DNA from: Candidatus Heimdallarchaeota archaeon
GTDB lineage: Archaea > Asgardarchaeota > Heimdallarchaeia > Heimdallarchaeales > Heimdallarchaeaceae
Reading direction: 5' to 3'
Length of the DNA: 52,524 nt
NCBI GenBank assembly: GCA_021399345.1
Contig: JAAFKI010000014.1
Span: forward strand, 1 to 52,524
Positions 44,719 through 52,524 of this stretch are shown piece after piece (the stretch's first letter is position 1; each line of letters opens with the position of its first letter). The translations under genes were made by a program, and so were the position numbers. The notes under the pieces are model-generated. The model was not told where the DNA came from. It made no database searches and was given only the letters and a program-made list of their open reading frames with translations.

Positions 44719-45357
44719 ATGAGTAGAGATATGTATTTAGATTTGGATGCATGGAAACCTCGAACAAGAGTAGGGCGATTAGTTAAAGAGGGTAGAATTT
44801 CAAGCATCGACGAAATATTCCAACAGGGATTACCTCTGGTGGAACCTGAAATCATTGATATGTTGTTCGGTGATACTCTTGAGGATGATGTAGTTGATAT
44901 TAGTCTTGTTCAGAGACAAACAGACGCTGGTAGAAAACGCAAATTCCGCGCAACTGTTGTTGTAGGAAATCGTAATGGTTACGTTGGCGTTGGAGAAGCT
45001 AAGCTAAAAGAAATTGGTCCAGCTATCAAAAAGGCCATAGTTAATGCTAAATTAAATATTAGACCAGTAAGACGAGGATGTGGATCATGGGAATGCTCAT
45101 GCGGAACTCAACATACAGTACCTTTCAAGGTTTCTGGAAAAGTAGGGTCAACTAAAGTTATACTATATCCTGCACCACGAGGTTTAGGTCTAGTAGTTGG
45201 AAATACCGCTAAAACAGTTCTAGAATTAGCTGGAATAGCCGATGTGTGGAGTAAGACATTTGGAGAAACTCGTACTACCTCAAACTTTGCTAAATCAACT
45301 TTTGAGGCATTAAAAAATAGTTATTCCATTATGGCTCCATATGATTGGACAAGATAG
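44719..45357 (+). CDS. rps5: Ribosomal protein uS5
   Basis: [29 protein letters not shown]. Confidence 0.97.
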   Translation: MSRDMYLDLDAWKPRTRVGRLVKEGRISSIDEIFQQGLPLVEPEIIDMLFGDTLEDDVVDISLVQRQTDAGRKRKFRATVVVGNRNGYVGVGEAKLKEIGPAIKKAIVNAKLNIRPVRRGCGSWECSCGTQHTVPFKVSGKVGSTKVILYPAPRGLGLVVGNTAKTVLELAGIADVWSKTFGETRTTSNFAKSTFEALKNSYSIMAPYDWTR

Positions 45358-45370
45358 GAAAGTGAGAGAA

Positions 45371-45859
45371 ATGAGTCAAACTAAAGATAAACCAGAATTA
45401 TTGGCGGTTATTCGATTAAGAGGAACGATCAATGTTCATTATAATGTTCGTGAAACTCTGAAGATGTTAAATGTTAGAAGAAGCAACTATATGACTCTTG
45501 TTCCTAACACTTCTTCATATGTGGGTATGCTCAAAAAAGCTAAAGATCACCTAACATGGGGCGAGGTTAGTCAAGAGGCATTGGAATACGTTATTACTAA
45601 GAGAGGAGAATTACCTGGTAGGACCAAAATTTCTAACAAATATCTGAAAGAAAATTCCTCCTACACAACAATCAAAGCACTTTCCAAAGCATTAATTAAT
45701 GGAGAAACAAGCTTAGGTGATATAACTGGGTTGAAAAAATTCTTCAGACTCCATCCTGCATCAAAAGGATATAAATCCATGAAACGCGGTTTCGCAGAAG
45801 GCGGAGATTTGGGGTATAGAGGAAATACAATCAATGAGCTAATAATAAGAATGTCGTGA
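45371..45859 (+). CDS. rpl30: Ribosomal protein uL30
   Basis: AVIRLRG, LTWGE, FRLHP, GDLGYRG..INELI.RM. Confidence 0.95.
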   Translation: MSQTKDKPELLAVIRLRGTINVHYNVRETLKMLNVRRSNYMTLVPNTSSYVGMLKKAKDHLTWGEVSQEALEYVITKRGELPGRTKISNKYLKENSSYTTIKALSKALINGETSLGDITGLKKFFRLHPASKGYKSMKRGFAEGGDLGYRGNTINELIIRMS

Positions 45860-46308
45860 TGTTAATGACAGTAAGAAAAAGAAAAAAGGTTAGACGAGAA
45901 CGTGGATACCGTACCCATGGCTGGGGAATTGTTCGAACTCACAGAGGAAGTGGTATGCGTGGTGGAGTTGGTAAAGCTGCTCCTATGTCACATCATTGGA
46001 TTCAAACAATTAAGGGACTTCGTCCTCCTGTTGGAAAGAAAGGTTTTGTTCGTCCTTCTGCTGTAACTGAGAAGACCCATCAAATTAACATTTCTCATCT
46101 TGAAGCTATGATCCCTTCATTGTTAAATGAGGGATTAGCAGTTAAGAAGGGAGAAAAATTTGAGATAAAACTGGAAGAACTTGGTTATACTAAATTACTT
46201 GCTCAAGGTAATATAACTCTCCCAATGAGTATAACGGTTAATAAAGCATCTGAGAAAGCAATTGCCAAAATCAAAAAAGCTGGCGGTAAAGTAAACCTAA
46301 TAGAATAG
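45859..46308 (+). CDS. rpl15: Ribosomal protein uL15
   Basis: RGYRTHGWG, RGGVGKA, GKKGF, ASEKAIAKIKKAGG. Confidence 0.96.
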   Translation: MLMTVRKRKKVRRERGYRTHGWGIVRTHRGSGMRGGVGKAAPMSHHWIQTIKGLRPPVGKKGFVRPSAVTEKTHQINISHLEAMIPSLLNEGLAVKKGEKFEIKLEELGYTKLLAQGNITLPMSITVNKASEKAIAKIKKAGGKVNLIE

Positions 46309-46422
46309 TTTCTTTACCTCTATTCCTTATTTTTTATTCATCTTTAAGATTTTAACCTATTCTGATGATATTCTATTCCTTTCACTATACGAAAACCTTT
46401 TGTTTAAGTGTTCTAATCTGGG

Positions 46423-47046
46423 TTGAATAGCATGAAAGTTTTTATTCTAGTTGGTTTGCAACTGAGCGGAAAATCATCTCATGGTCACAAATTGAGAGAA
46501 GAAGAAAATATTCCCATGATAGAAACAGGCCATGCAGTTTACCATGAGCTGAAAAAGCAGAACCTCGAGGTAAACCATAAGAATACATCAGAAGTTATTA
46601 TAGGACTTCTTTCAAGAGATCCAACAGCTTTTACTCAAACCATTCTGGAATTCGAAAAAGAGAAATATGTAGACTCTTCTGTTCTGATTCTTAATGGTGT
46701 TAAATCTTCTGCAGAAATTAATTATACAAAAGACAAGTTTGGGAAGAATAATGTCTTTGTTTTAGGTTTTCATGCAGGGCAGCTTACCAGGTTCAATAGA
46801 GTAACAAACCCCGATCGTTTTGCAGTATCTGGAAGATATCTTGAAAAAACTCAAGAAGATCAAGATTTAGCAAAATGGGCGAATTTTAAAAGTAGGGATG
46901 TGCGTGAAATCGGTCTAGGTATAGGTAAAGCAATAGCAACAGCTAACCACATTATTGTCACTGAAGATAAAGATTGGCCTTATTATACTTTTGAAATCTC
47001 TTATAAGAATTTTAAAAAATATGTTTTAGCAAAATTAAGTGTTTAG
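46423..47046 (+). CDS. Archaeal dephospho-CoA kinase-like P-loop kinase (COG0237-like), divergent
   Basis: P-loop GLQLSGKS, (D/N)GVKSSAE, RDVREIGLGIGKAIATA. Confidence 0.65.
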   Translation: MNSMKVFILVGLQLSGKSSHGHKLREEENIPMIETGHAVYHELKKQNLEVNHKNTSEVIIGLLSRDPTAFTQTILEFEKEKYVDSSVLILNGVKSSAEINYTKDKFGKNNVFVLGFHAGQLTRFNRVTNPDRFAVSGRYLEKTQEDQDLAKWANFKSRDVREIGLGIGKAIATANHIIVTEDKDWPYYTFEISYKNFKKYVLAKLSV

Positions 47047-47065
47047 ATACTTAAATAGTAAGAAA

Positions 47066-48076
47066 TTATTTTGCTTTTGAACTTGGGTAGGTTCCTATTG
47101 GCATAAGAACTCTTTTTACACTTGCTAAAATACCACGATTCGAACTCTCTATGCTATCAGATGAAAGCTGCATCTCTCCTAATGCGATTAACTCATGTTT
47201 AAGTGTAAAAATACCAACTAAATCACCCTTACCAAACTTGTCAGTATATTTGGACAATCCAGGCATAGCAAGGGGTGCTCCATGACAAAGGGAATCTACT
47301 GTACTGTCTTTCACAAAGAGTTTTGGTATATGCTTGACTCCAAATTCCATAGGAAGTATGATATTTCGAAGTGGCACTTCATCCTTCTCTTCAAGATACC
47401 AGCTATAAGCATCATAGAGGTCTTGAAGTGTTGATAAGTGATCATCTTCAGTAAAGGGTCCAGATCTAATTCTACGTAATTCCTTCATGTGCGCGCCACA
47501 AGAGAGACTTTGACCGATATCGTGACAATACTTTCTAATGTAAGTTCCTGCTTGACAACTTACTCTAAATAATACTTCCCTTTCTTTTATCTGAATAATC
47601 TCATTTTCGTAAATTTTTCTAATTCTCAAAACTCTTTTTACACTAGATCTTAAAGGAGGGCGCTGATAAAGCTCTCCTAAATATTCCTTCATTATGTCCT
47701 TAATTTTCCCTTCTTCAACATCTTTGTGCAATTTCATATTGCAAATATATTCTTTACCTGCAAGTAATAAAGTATCTAGAATTCTTGTGGCTTTGCTAAG
47801 TGCAACTGGCAAAACACCTGTAACGTGGGGATCCAAAGTACCAGAATGACCTGCACGGGGTATATCGAGTATTTTCTTAACATAACTAACAACCTCGTGA
47901 CTTGTTGGTTTAGGTGGTTTATCTAAATTTATTATCCCGTATTGTAATAGTTCTTCAATAGATCGATCTGTTGGGATTTTACCCCATCTGAAGTTAGTTG
48001 TATCACTTGACAAATCTACTATCTTGTCATTTTCATTGCCTAAAACAATCTTTGAAGGAGTAAAAATAATTGTCAT
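47066..48076 (-). CDS. cbf5: H/ACA pseudouridine synthase Cbf5
   Basis: INLDKP, TSHEV, GHSGTLDP, GTYIR, MKELRR, C-terminal PUA. Confidence 0.97.
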   Translation of the reverse strand: MTIIFTPSKIVLGNENDKIVDLSSDTTNFRWGKIPTDRSIEELLQYGIINLDKPPKPTSHEVVSYVKKILDIPRAGHSGTLDPHVTGVLPVALSKATRILDTLLLAGKEYICNMKLHKDVEEGKIKDIMKEYLGELYQRPPLRSSVKRVLRIRKIYENEIIQIKEREVLFRVSCQAGTYIRKYCHDIGQSLSCGAHMKELRRIRSGPFTEDDHLSTLQDLYDAYSWYLEEKDEVPLRNIILPMEFGVKHIPKLFVKDSTVDSLCHGAPLAMPGLSKYTDKFGKGDLVGIFTLKHELIALGEMQLSSDSIESSNRGILASVKRVLMPIGTYPSSKAK

Positions 48077-48128
48077 ATTTCACCAACTATTGAAAAAGGG
48101 GAGATATTAAGTTTGAGGATAAAGAAAC

Positions 48129-48404
48129 TTAAGGAATTATAATCTCTTCCATAAATTTCTTCAATTTTGCAACTTCAATTGCTGCGACGACTTCTTCATC
48201 TGTTGCATCTCTTTTGATTGCAACAACTTTATCTGTTGGTTCTAAATGTCTTATATTGCATTTGCGACGACGAACTGAAGATACTATTTTTGGCCCAGTA
48301 AGGAGAACATAGTTTTCGTTTATAATGTCGACTATTATTCCTTTCTTTCCTGCTTCTCTTCCATTTGTCTTAACAATAACTCTTCCAATTTGAATTGCTG
48401 TCAT
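48129..48404 (-). CDS. rpl14e: Ribosomal protein eL14
   Basis: IGRVIVKTNGREAGKK, RRRKCNIRHLEPT. Confidence 0.96.
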   Translation of the reverse strand: MTAIQIGRVIVKTNGREAGKKGIIVDIINENYVLLTGPKIVSSVRRRKCNIRHLEPTDKVVAIKRDATDEEVVAAIEVAKLKKFMEEIIIP

Positions 48405-48946
48405 TCTTTTTCACCTTTTAATTTTCTATTAAACGCAGTTAATATTATTTCAACACATTCAAAGGCGTTGAATTTCTGTGAATTAATTATCAGATCATAG
48501 ATAGTCAAATCAGTGATATCGATTTTATACAGTTTTTGATATCTGTTTTTTTCAGATTCTTCTCTAGCCTTTGTTTCTTGAATAATAATTTCAACTGTTT
48601 TGTTTTCTCTTTCAGATATTCTTTGAATTCTTAAATCAAACGGAGCTGTAATATAAATGAGTATGTCTGCTTCGTTTCTAAGCATCCATCCTCCTAATTG
48701 TGCGTCAATAACTATATTGTCCCTTGTTTGACCAAATTCTAATGTTTTATCATCAATGTATTTATCAATCTCTTCTTTTAGTTCAGCATGTTTACTGAAT
48801 TCTTCAAGACTCATATTTTCTTTTTTTGCCATATCTCTAAACAGTTCACCAGCTGATATATACTCATATCCTAAACTCTCCGCAACTTTCCTAGCAGCAG
48901 TGCTTTTTCCGGAACCGTGCGGACCTGAAACTGCGATAATTGGCAA
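48401..48946 (-). CDS. cmk: Cytidylate kinase, archaeal type
   Basis: SGPHGSGKST, SAGELFR, RYQKLYKID, YDLIIN. Confidence 0.93.
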   Translation of the reverse strand: MPIIAVSGPHGSGKSTAARKVAESLGYEYISAGELFRDMAKKENMSLEEFSKHAELKEEIDKYIDDKTLEFGQTRDNIVIDAQLGGWMLRNEADILIYITAPFDLRIQRISERENKTVEIIIQETKAREESEKNRYQKLYKIDITDLTIYDLIINSQKFNAFECVEIILTAFNRKLKGEKE

Positions 48947-48964
48947 TTTGCCACATCCTCAGAA

Positions 48965-49222
48965 TTAACTGCGAACTTCTGCCTTAATTGCATTCTTTAA
49001 GCAATTTGAGCATAAATGTCCCGCATGTTGTCTTGTTGGCAAACGTTCAGAACGAGACATTTTTCTTACTCTATTCTGATTACCAAAAGCTACTCCATGA
49101 ACGATAGCTCCACAGTTAGCACAATGTGGCTTTTTTGTTCTTTTGTCTACTCTTCTCAACTTAGTTCCAGAGGGTGTTCTTCGCTTTCTTGTTTTTGCAA
49201 CTCGTAATGAAGGTTTAACCAT
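48965..49222 (-). CDS. rpl34e: Ribosomal protein eL34
   Basis: RTPSG, CANCG, HAGHLCSNCL. Confidence 0.93.
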   Translation of the reverse strand: MVKPSLRVAKTRKRRTPSGTKLRRVDKRTKKPHCANCGAIVHGVAFGNQNRVRKMSRSERLPTRQHAGHLCSNCLKNAIKAEVRS

Positions 49223-49243
49223 TTTAATTCCTCATAATAATTT

Positions 49244-49942
49244 TCATTCTTTTTTGGTGGTAGTTTTCTTTCTAGCTAATTGTTCTTTGGCAGATGAAAC
49301 TGGTGTTTTAACTTGTTTTTCCTTAACAGTTGTTGATTTGGATTTAGCTGCTCCTGATGGAGTGACTCCAAATATTCTGGAAATTATTGAACCAAAAGCA
49401 AAAGCAGTTATGAAATACCAAGTTGAAAAGGGAACTTTTGAGAAGAAGCGTCCATTGTACTCTTCAAGTCCAAACCAAGGATTGCTTCCTATCCATGGGA
49501 AGTTTCCAAAATTGAAAGGTAACCAAGCATAATAATGTGTTACTGGATTTGCTTCAGAGGGAACACCACTTGGGAAGGCACCTCGTAAAATTGCAAATAT
49601 TAACAAGAAAGGAATAGTTGTAAAAAGCATTGGCTTCATTCGTTTGAACATCATAGAGGATTGCATTTTCTTGATTCTTTCCTCATCCCTTTTTACACTT
49701 AACCATAATTTCTTATCTGCAGTTTGCATTGCTTTCTTTCTTCTTTGATTCCATTCATTGACTTTTTGCATACTTTCCTTTAATGCATCAACGTCTGAAA
49801 CTACTCTGGTGATTGTTGTTGATATAATGGCAAGTAAAACAGAAGTTAATGCAATGATCCACGCTGAAGTGGGCCTTTGATTAAGTCCATGTTCTATCAT
49901 CCAGTTTGTTAATCCTTTAAACCAATTATCCCAGAAAGCCAT
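49244..49942 (-). CDS. DUF106 / EMC3-TMCO1-Get1 (Oxa1 superfamily) membrane insertase
   Basis: TM1, coiled coil, MKPMLFTTIP, WYF; usual position before L34e. Confidence 0.9.
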   Translation of the reverse strand: MAFWDNWFKGLTNWMIEHGLNQRPTSAWIIALTSVLLAIISTTITRVVSDVDALKESMQKVNEWNQRRKKAMQTADKKLWLSVKRDEERIKKMQSSMMFKRMKPMLFTTIPFLLIFAILRGAFPSGVPSEANPVTHYYAWLPFNFGNFPWIGSNPWFGLEEYNGRFFSKVPFSTWYFITAFAFGSIISRIFGVTPSGAAKSKSTTVKEKQVKTPVSSAKEQLARKKTTTKKE

Positions 49943-50041
49943 AATTAAACCACATTCTGTACTATACTTACACGAAAAATGATTTTCTTTTTAAAAGCTT
50001 TTGTAATTGGAGTATACTAAAAAAATGCAATTTTGTAAAAA

Positions 50042-50761
50042 TTACTCATTTTTCAATAGAAGAAAGAAATTATCTTTTCCACCTCTTCCTCCTAGTTTGG
50101 CAAAATCAATAACTGTGTAGTTTGTTGCTGAAACAATTTTCAGTAATTCTTTCTTCCCGAATAGATGATAATACCTTTCGGCTATCAGCTCTTTTTTTTC
50201 ATTATACCATGGAAGATAAATGTCCCCATGACGCCACAGTCGATTTTTACTTTTCTTAAAGAAGTATAAGAGAAAATCAGAGACTATCTTCTTTCGGGTT
50301 CCTTTCTTCCATTTTTTCCAGCAGGATAATATTAGAAACCCTTCTTGTTTAAGAATTTTAGAGATATTTCTAAGCACAAGTAGCACTTCATCTTCATTCC
50401 TAAAATGATGTATTGTGGCGATACACAATGATAGATCAACCGACCCTTCCTTTAAAGGAATTGAGTTTGCATTGTTATTAAGAGGATAGACTGTGTTATT
50501 TTCTAGAGTAACTCTTGAGTCTAATAACTCAAATGATATATCAGATGCTATGTGTTGCCAGTTTTGAGATTCAAAAAGCAAGAGATTTCTTGCATTTCCA
50601 CTTCCAATATCAAGTAATATTCCCTCTGTAGGTAGTGGGAATCGTTTTCTTATGGATCCTAAATATATCTGAAAATCTTTCCAGGGTTTTTTCTTTAGAT
50701 TACTGTACCTTGGAGAGATTTTTTTGTATGCTTCTATTAATTCAAAATCCAAATCTGACAA
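50042..50761 (-). CDS. Trm9/ALKBH8-like class I methyltransferase
   Basis: LDIGSGNARN, IATIHH, GDIYLPW, RYYHLF. Confidence 0.8.
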   Translation of the reverse strand: MSDLDFELIEAYKKISPRYSNLKKKPWKDFQIYLGSIRKRFPLPTEGILLDIGSGNARNLLLFESQNWQHIASDISFELLDSRVTLENNTVYPLNNNANSIPLKEGSVDLSLCIATIHHFRNEDEVLLVLRNISKILKQEGFLILSCWKKWKKGTRKKIVSDFLLYFFKKSKNRLWRHGDIYLPWYNEKKELIAERYYHLFGKKELLKIVSATNYTVIDFAKLGGRGGKDNFFLLLKNE

Positions 50762-50895
50762 TGTATGAATAATATGGTGCGGTGCTTTATCAATTTTCTT
50801 TTTTCTTCACTCCATTCAGCCAAATGAGAAATTTTATATATTTACTTGTCTTTACTCAAAATGAGGGAATAATTGGTTCGTCTCTGGTGAAAAAA

Positions 50896-51846
50896 ATGAA
50901 AAAATTAAATGTAGCAGTAATAGGCACTGGTAGTTGGGGTAAAAATCATGCTCGTGTCTTTACTGAAATGGACAATACAACCCTTGCTGGACTTTTTGAT
51001 TTAGATCAAAAAAGAGCAAATGAAATGGCTAAATTGTACAATACAAAACTCTATTCTAGCATTGATGAGATACTTAAGGATGAAACTGTTCAAGCAATAA
51101 CAATTGCATCACCAACTTCAACACATGCTAGGATTGCGATGCAAGCAATAGAAAACGGAAAGCATGTCTTAATAGAAAAGCCAATGACTAGTACCGTTGA
51201 AGAAGCAGAAAAGATAGTTGATTTGGAAAAAAGTTCAAATGTTGTAGTTTCAGTAGGTTTTATTGAACGATTTAATCCCATAGTATCCAGATCAAGAGAA
51301 CTAGTTAAAAAAGAAGAATTAGGAGAACTTGTTCTAATCAGCGCAAGACGATTAGGTCCATACTGGCCAGATAGGTTGAAAGATGTAGATGTTATTCGAG
51401 ATGTAAGTATTCATGATATAGATGCTTTTAGATATATTACTGACAAAGAACCTAAATCAGTCTATGCAAGAGGAGGAAAGCTAAGACATACTTATCTTGA
51501 TTATGCTGAAATTTTGTTAGATTTTGGTAATGGAGTAACTGGATTCATAGAATCAAACTACCTTACTCCTCATAAACTAAGAAAGTTAAACTTAACTTGT
51601 GAAAAGGGTGTAGTTGAAGCAGACTATATTTCACAGGATTATTTAATTGAGGACGAAGAATGGTTGCGTAATAAAAAGTTACAATGGAAAGAACCTCTAA
51701 GTGCAGAGATGCACGCGTTTGCAGAATCTTGTTTAGGAAATGCCCCACCTGTTATAACATCAATAGACGGATTAAAGGCTTTGAAAATTGCAATATCTTC
51801 TATTAAAAGTGTTGAAACACATCAAATAGTTGACTTAAATTTCTAG
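50896..51846 (+). CDS. Gfo/Idh/MocA-family oxidoreductase (likely nucleotide-sugar dehydrogenase)
   Basis: VAVIGTGSWGKNHAR, HVLIEKP, VGFIERFNP, DVSIHDID. Confidence 0.92.
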   Translation: MKKLNVAVIGTGSWGKNHARVFTEMDNTTLAGLFDLDQKRANEMAKLYNTKLYSSIDEILKDETVQAITIASPTSTHARIAMQAIENGKHVLIEKPMTSTVEEAEKIVDLEKSSNVVVSVGFIERFNPIVSRSRELVKKEELGELVLISARRLGPYWPDRLKDVDVIRDVSIHDIDAFRYITDKEPKSVYARGGKLRHTYLDYAEILLDFGNGVTGFIESNYLTPHKLRKLNLTCEKGVVEADYISQDYLIEDEEWLRNKKLQWKEPLSAEMHAFAESCLGNAPPVITSIDGLKALKIAISSIKSVETHQIVDLNF

Positions 51847-51888
51847 TATGATTTAAAAAATAATAAAAAGGGAAGGAGATTTTAGGTT

Positions 51889-52524
51889 TTATTTTAAGCC
51901 TAAGAATCCCGCTAATGCTGGAACAGTTTCACTTACTTGTTCGCTAGCAAATATCTCATAGTATTGACGGAGAATACCCGTTGTTAGCAGAATACCTGTT
52001 CCCGTACCTAATGCACCTAGGAAATCCGCAAAGGCTGCTAGTACGCCTATGAAGAACCCTCCTAACCATGCTGCGGTTGGAATATATCTTTCTAGGTATT
52101 TTTCTACTATCCTTGGATTTCTTCTAAATCCAGGTATTTGCATATTCGCATCAAGTAATTGCTTCGCAACATTTTTTGAACTCATACCTGCCGTATCTAT
52201 CCAGATCCGTGAGAATATACCACAAAGCGCAATCATCAATATTAGGTAAATTATAGCATTTACTGGATACTGCGCTATCTGCTCAGGACCATATGGGGCC
52301 GTTGTATACGACGCTAAACCCGTCACAGGTGCTAATTGTTGACTACCCGTACCACCTGATATGTCTTCCCACGTGCCAAAGAATCTTACCAGAAAATATT
52401 TTAGTCCTGATACCGCACCTTTCCAATTATTCCACATCAGATTAGAAATGAAATAAATGTTTGCAAATAATGCACTAACTAGAATTACTGGGATGTTTGA
52501 AGTATAAAGGAATTTTATTGGGTA
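51889..52524 (-). CDS. secY: Preprotein translocase SecY/Sec61-alpha, 3' part (gene starts beyond the window)
   Basis: YPIKFLYTSNIPVIL read at the window edge; IPGFR, RYIP, GTGTGILL. Confidence 0.96.
   Translation of the reverse strand, partial: YPIKFLYTSNIPVILVSALFANIYFISNLMWNNWKGAVSGLKYFLVRFFGTWEDISGGTGSQQLAPVTGLASYTTAPYGPEQIAQYPVNAIIYLILMIALCGIFSRIWIDTAGMSSKNVAKQLLDANMQIPGFRRNPRIVEKYLERYIPTAAWLGGFFIGVLAAFADFLGALGTGTGILLTTGILRQYYEIFASEQVSETVPALAGFLGLK

Overview
AT-rich archaeal chromosome segment, most consistent with an Asgard (Heimdallarchaeia-like) genome. That placement is inferred from protein style and gene content, not proven. Most of the window is housekeeping: NAC, tRNA/rRNA modification enzymes, exosome Csl4, Rpo4/Rpo11, aIF2-alpha, Nop10, SRP54, AspRS, ValRS, aRF1, Hef, a rearranged S10/spc ribosomal protein cluster, Cbf5, an EMC3/TMCO1-family insertase, SecY and two intron-containing tRNAs (Leu-TAA, Ile-GAT). 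The strongest candidate for an undescribed system is an IS607-family element (about 6744-9236). It has a broken TnpA, an intact and oversized (620-642 aa) TnpB-like protein with His in place of the RuvC-III Asp, and a readable pseudoknotted omega-RNA scaffold. Its predicted guide is the antisense 3' end of atpD and also matches the element's own left end at 9 of the first 10 nt. Other notable items are a membrane-anchored polyproline protein with a WH2/MIM-like C-terminal helix, a DPM2-like small membrane protein, tandem bactofilin-like genes, an old 423-bp tandem duplication, several probable pseudo-enzymes, and an aRF1 with NIKD instead of NIKS. All family assignments come from motif recognition by eye; no searches were run.
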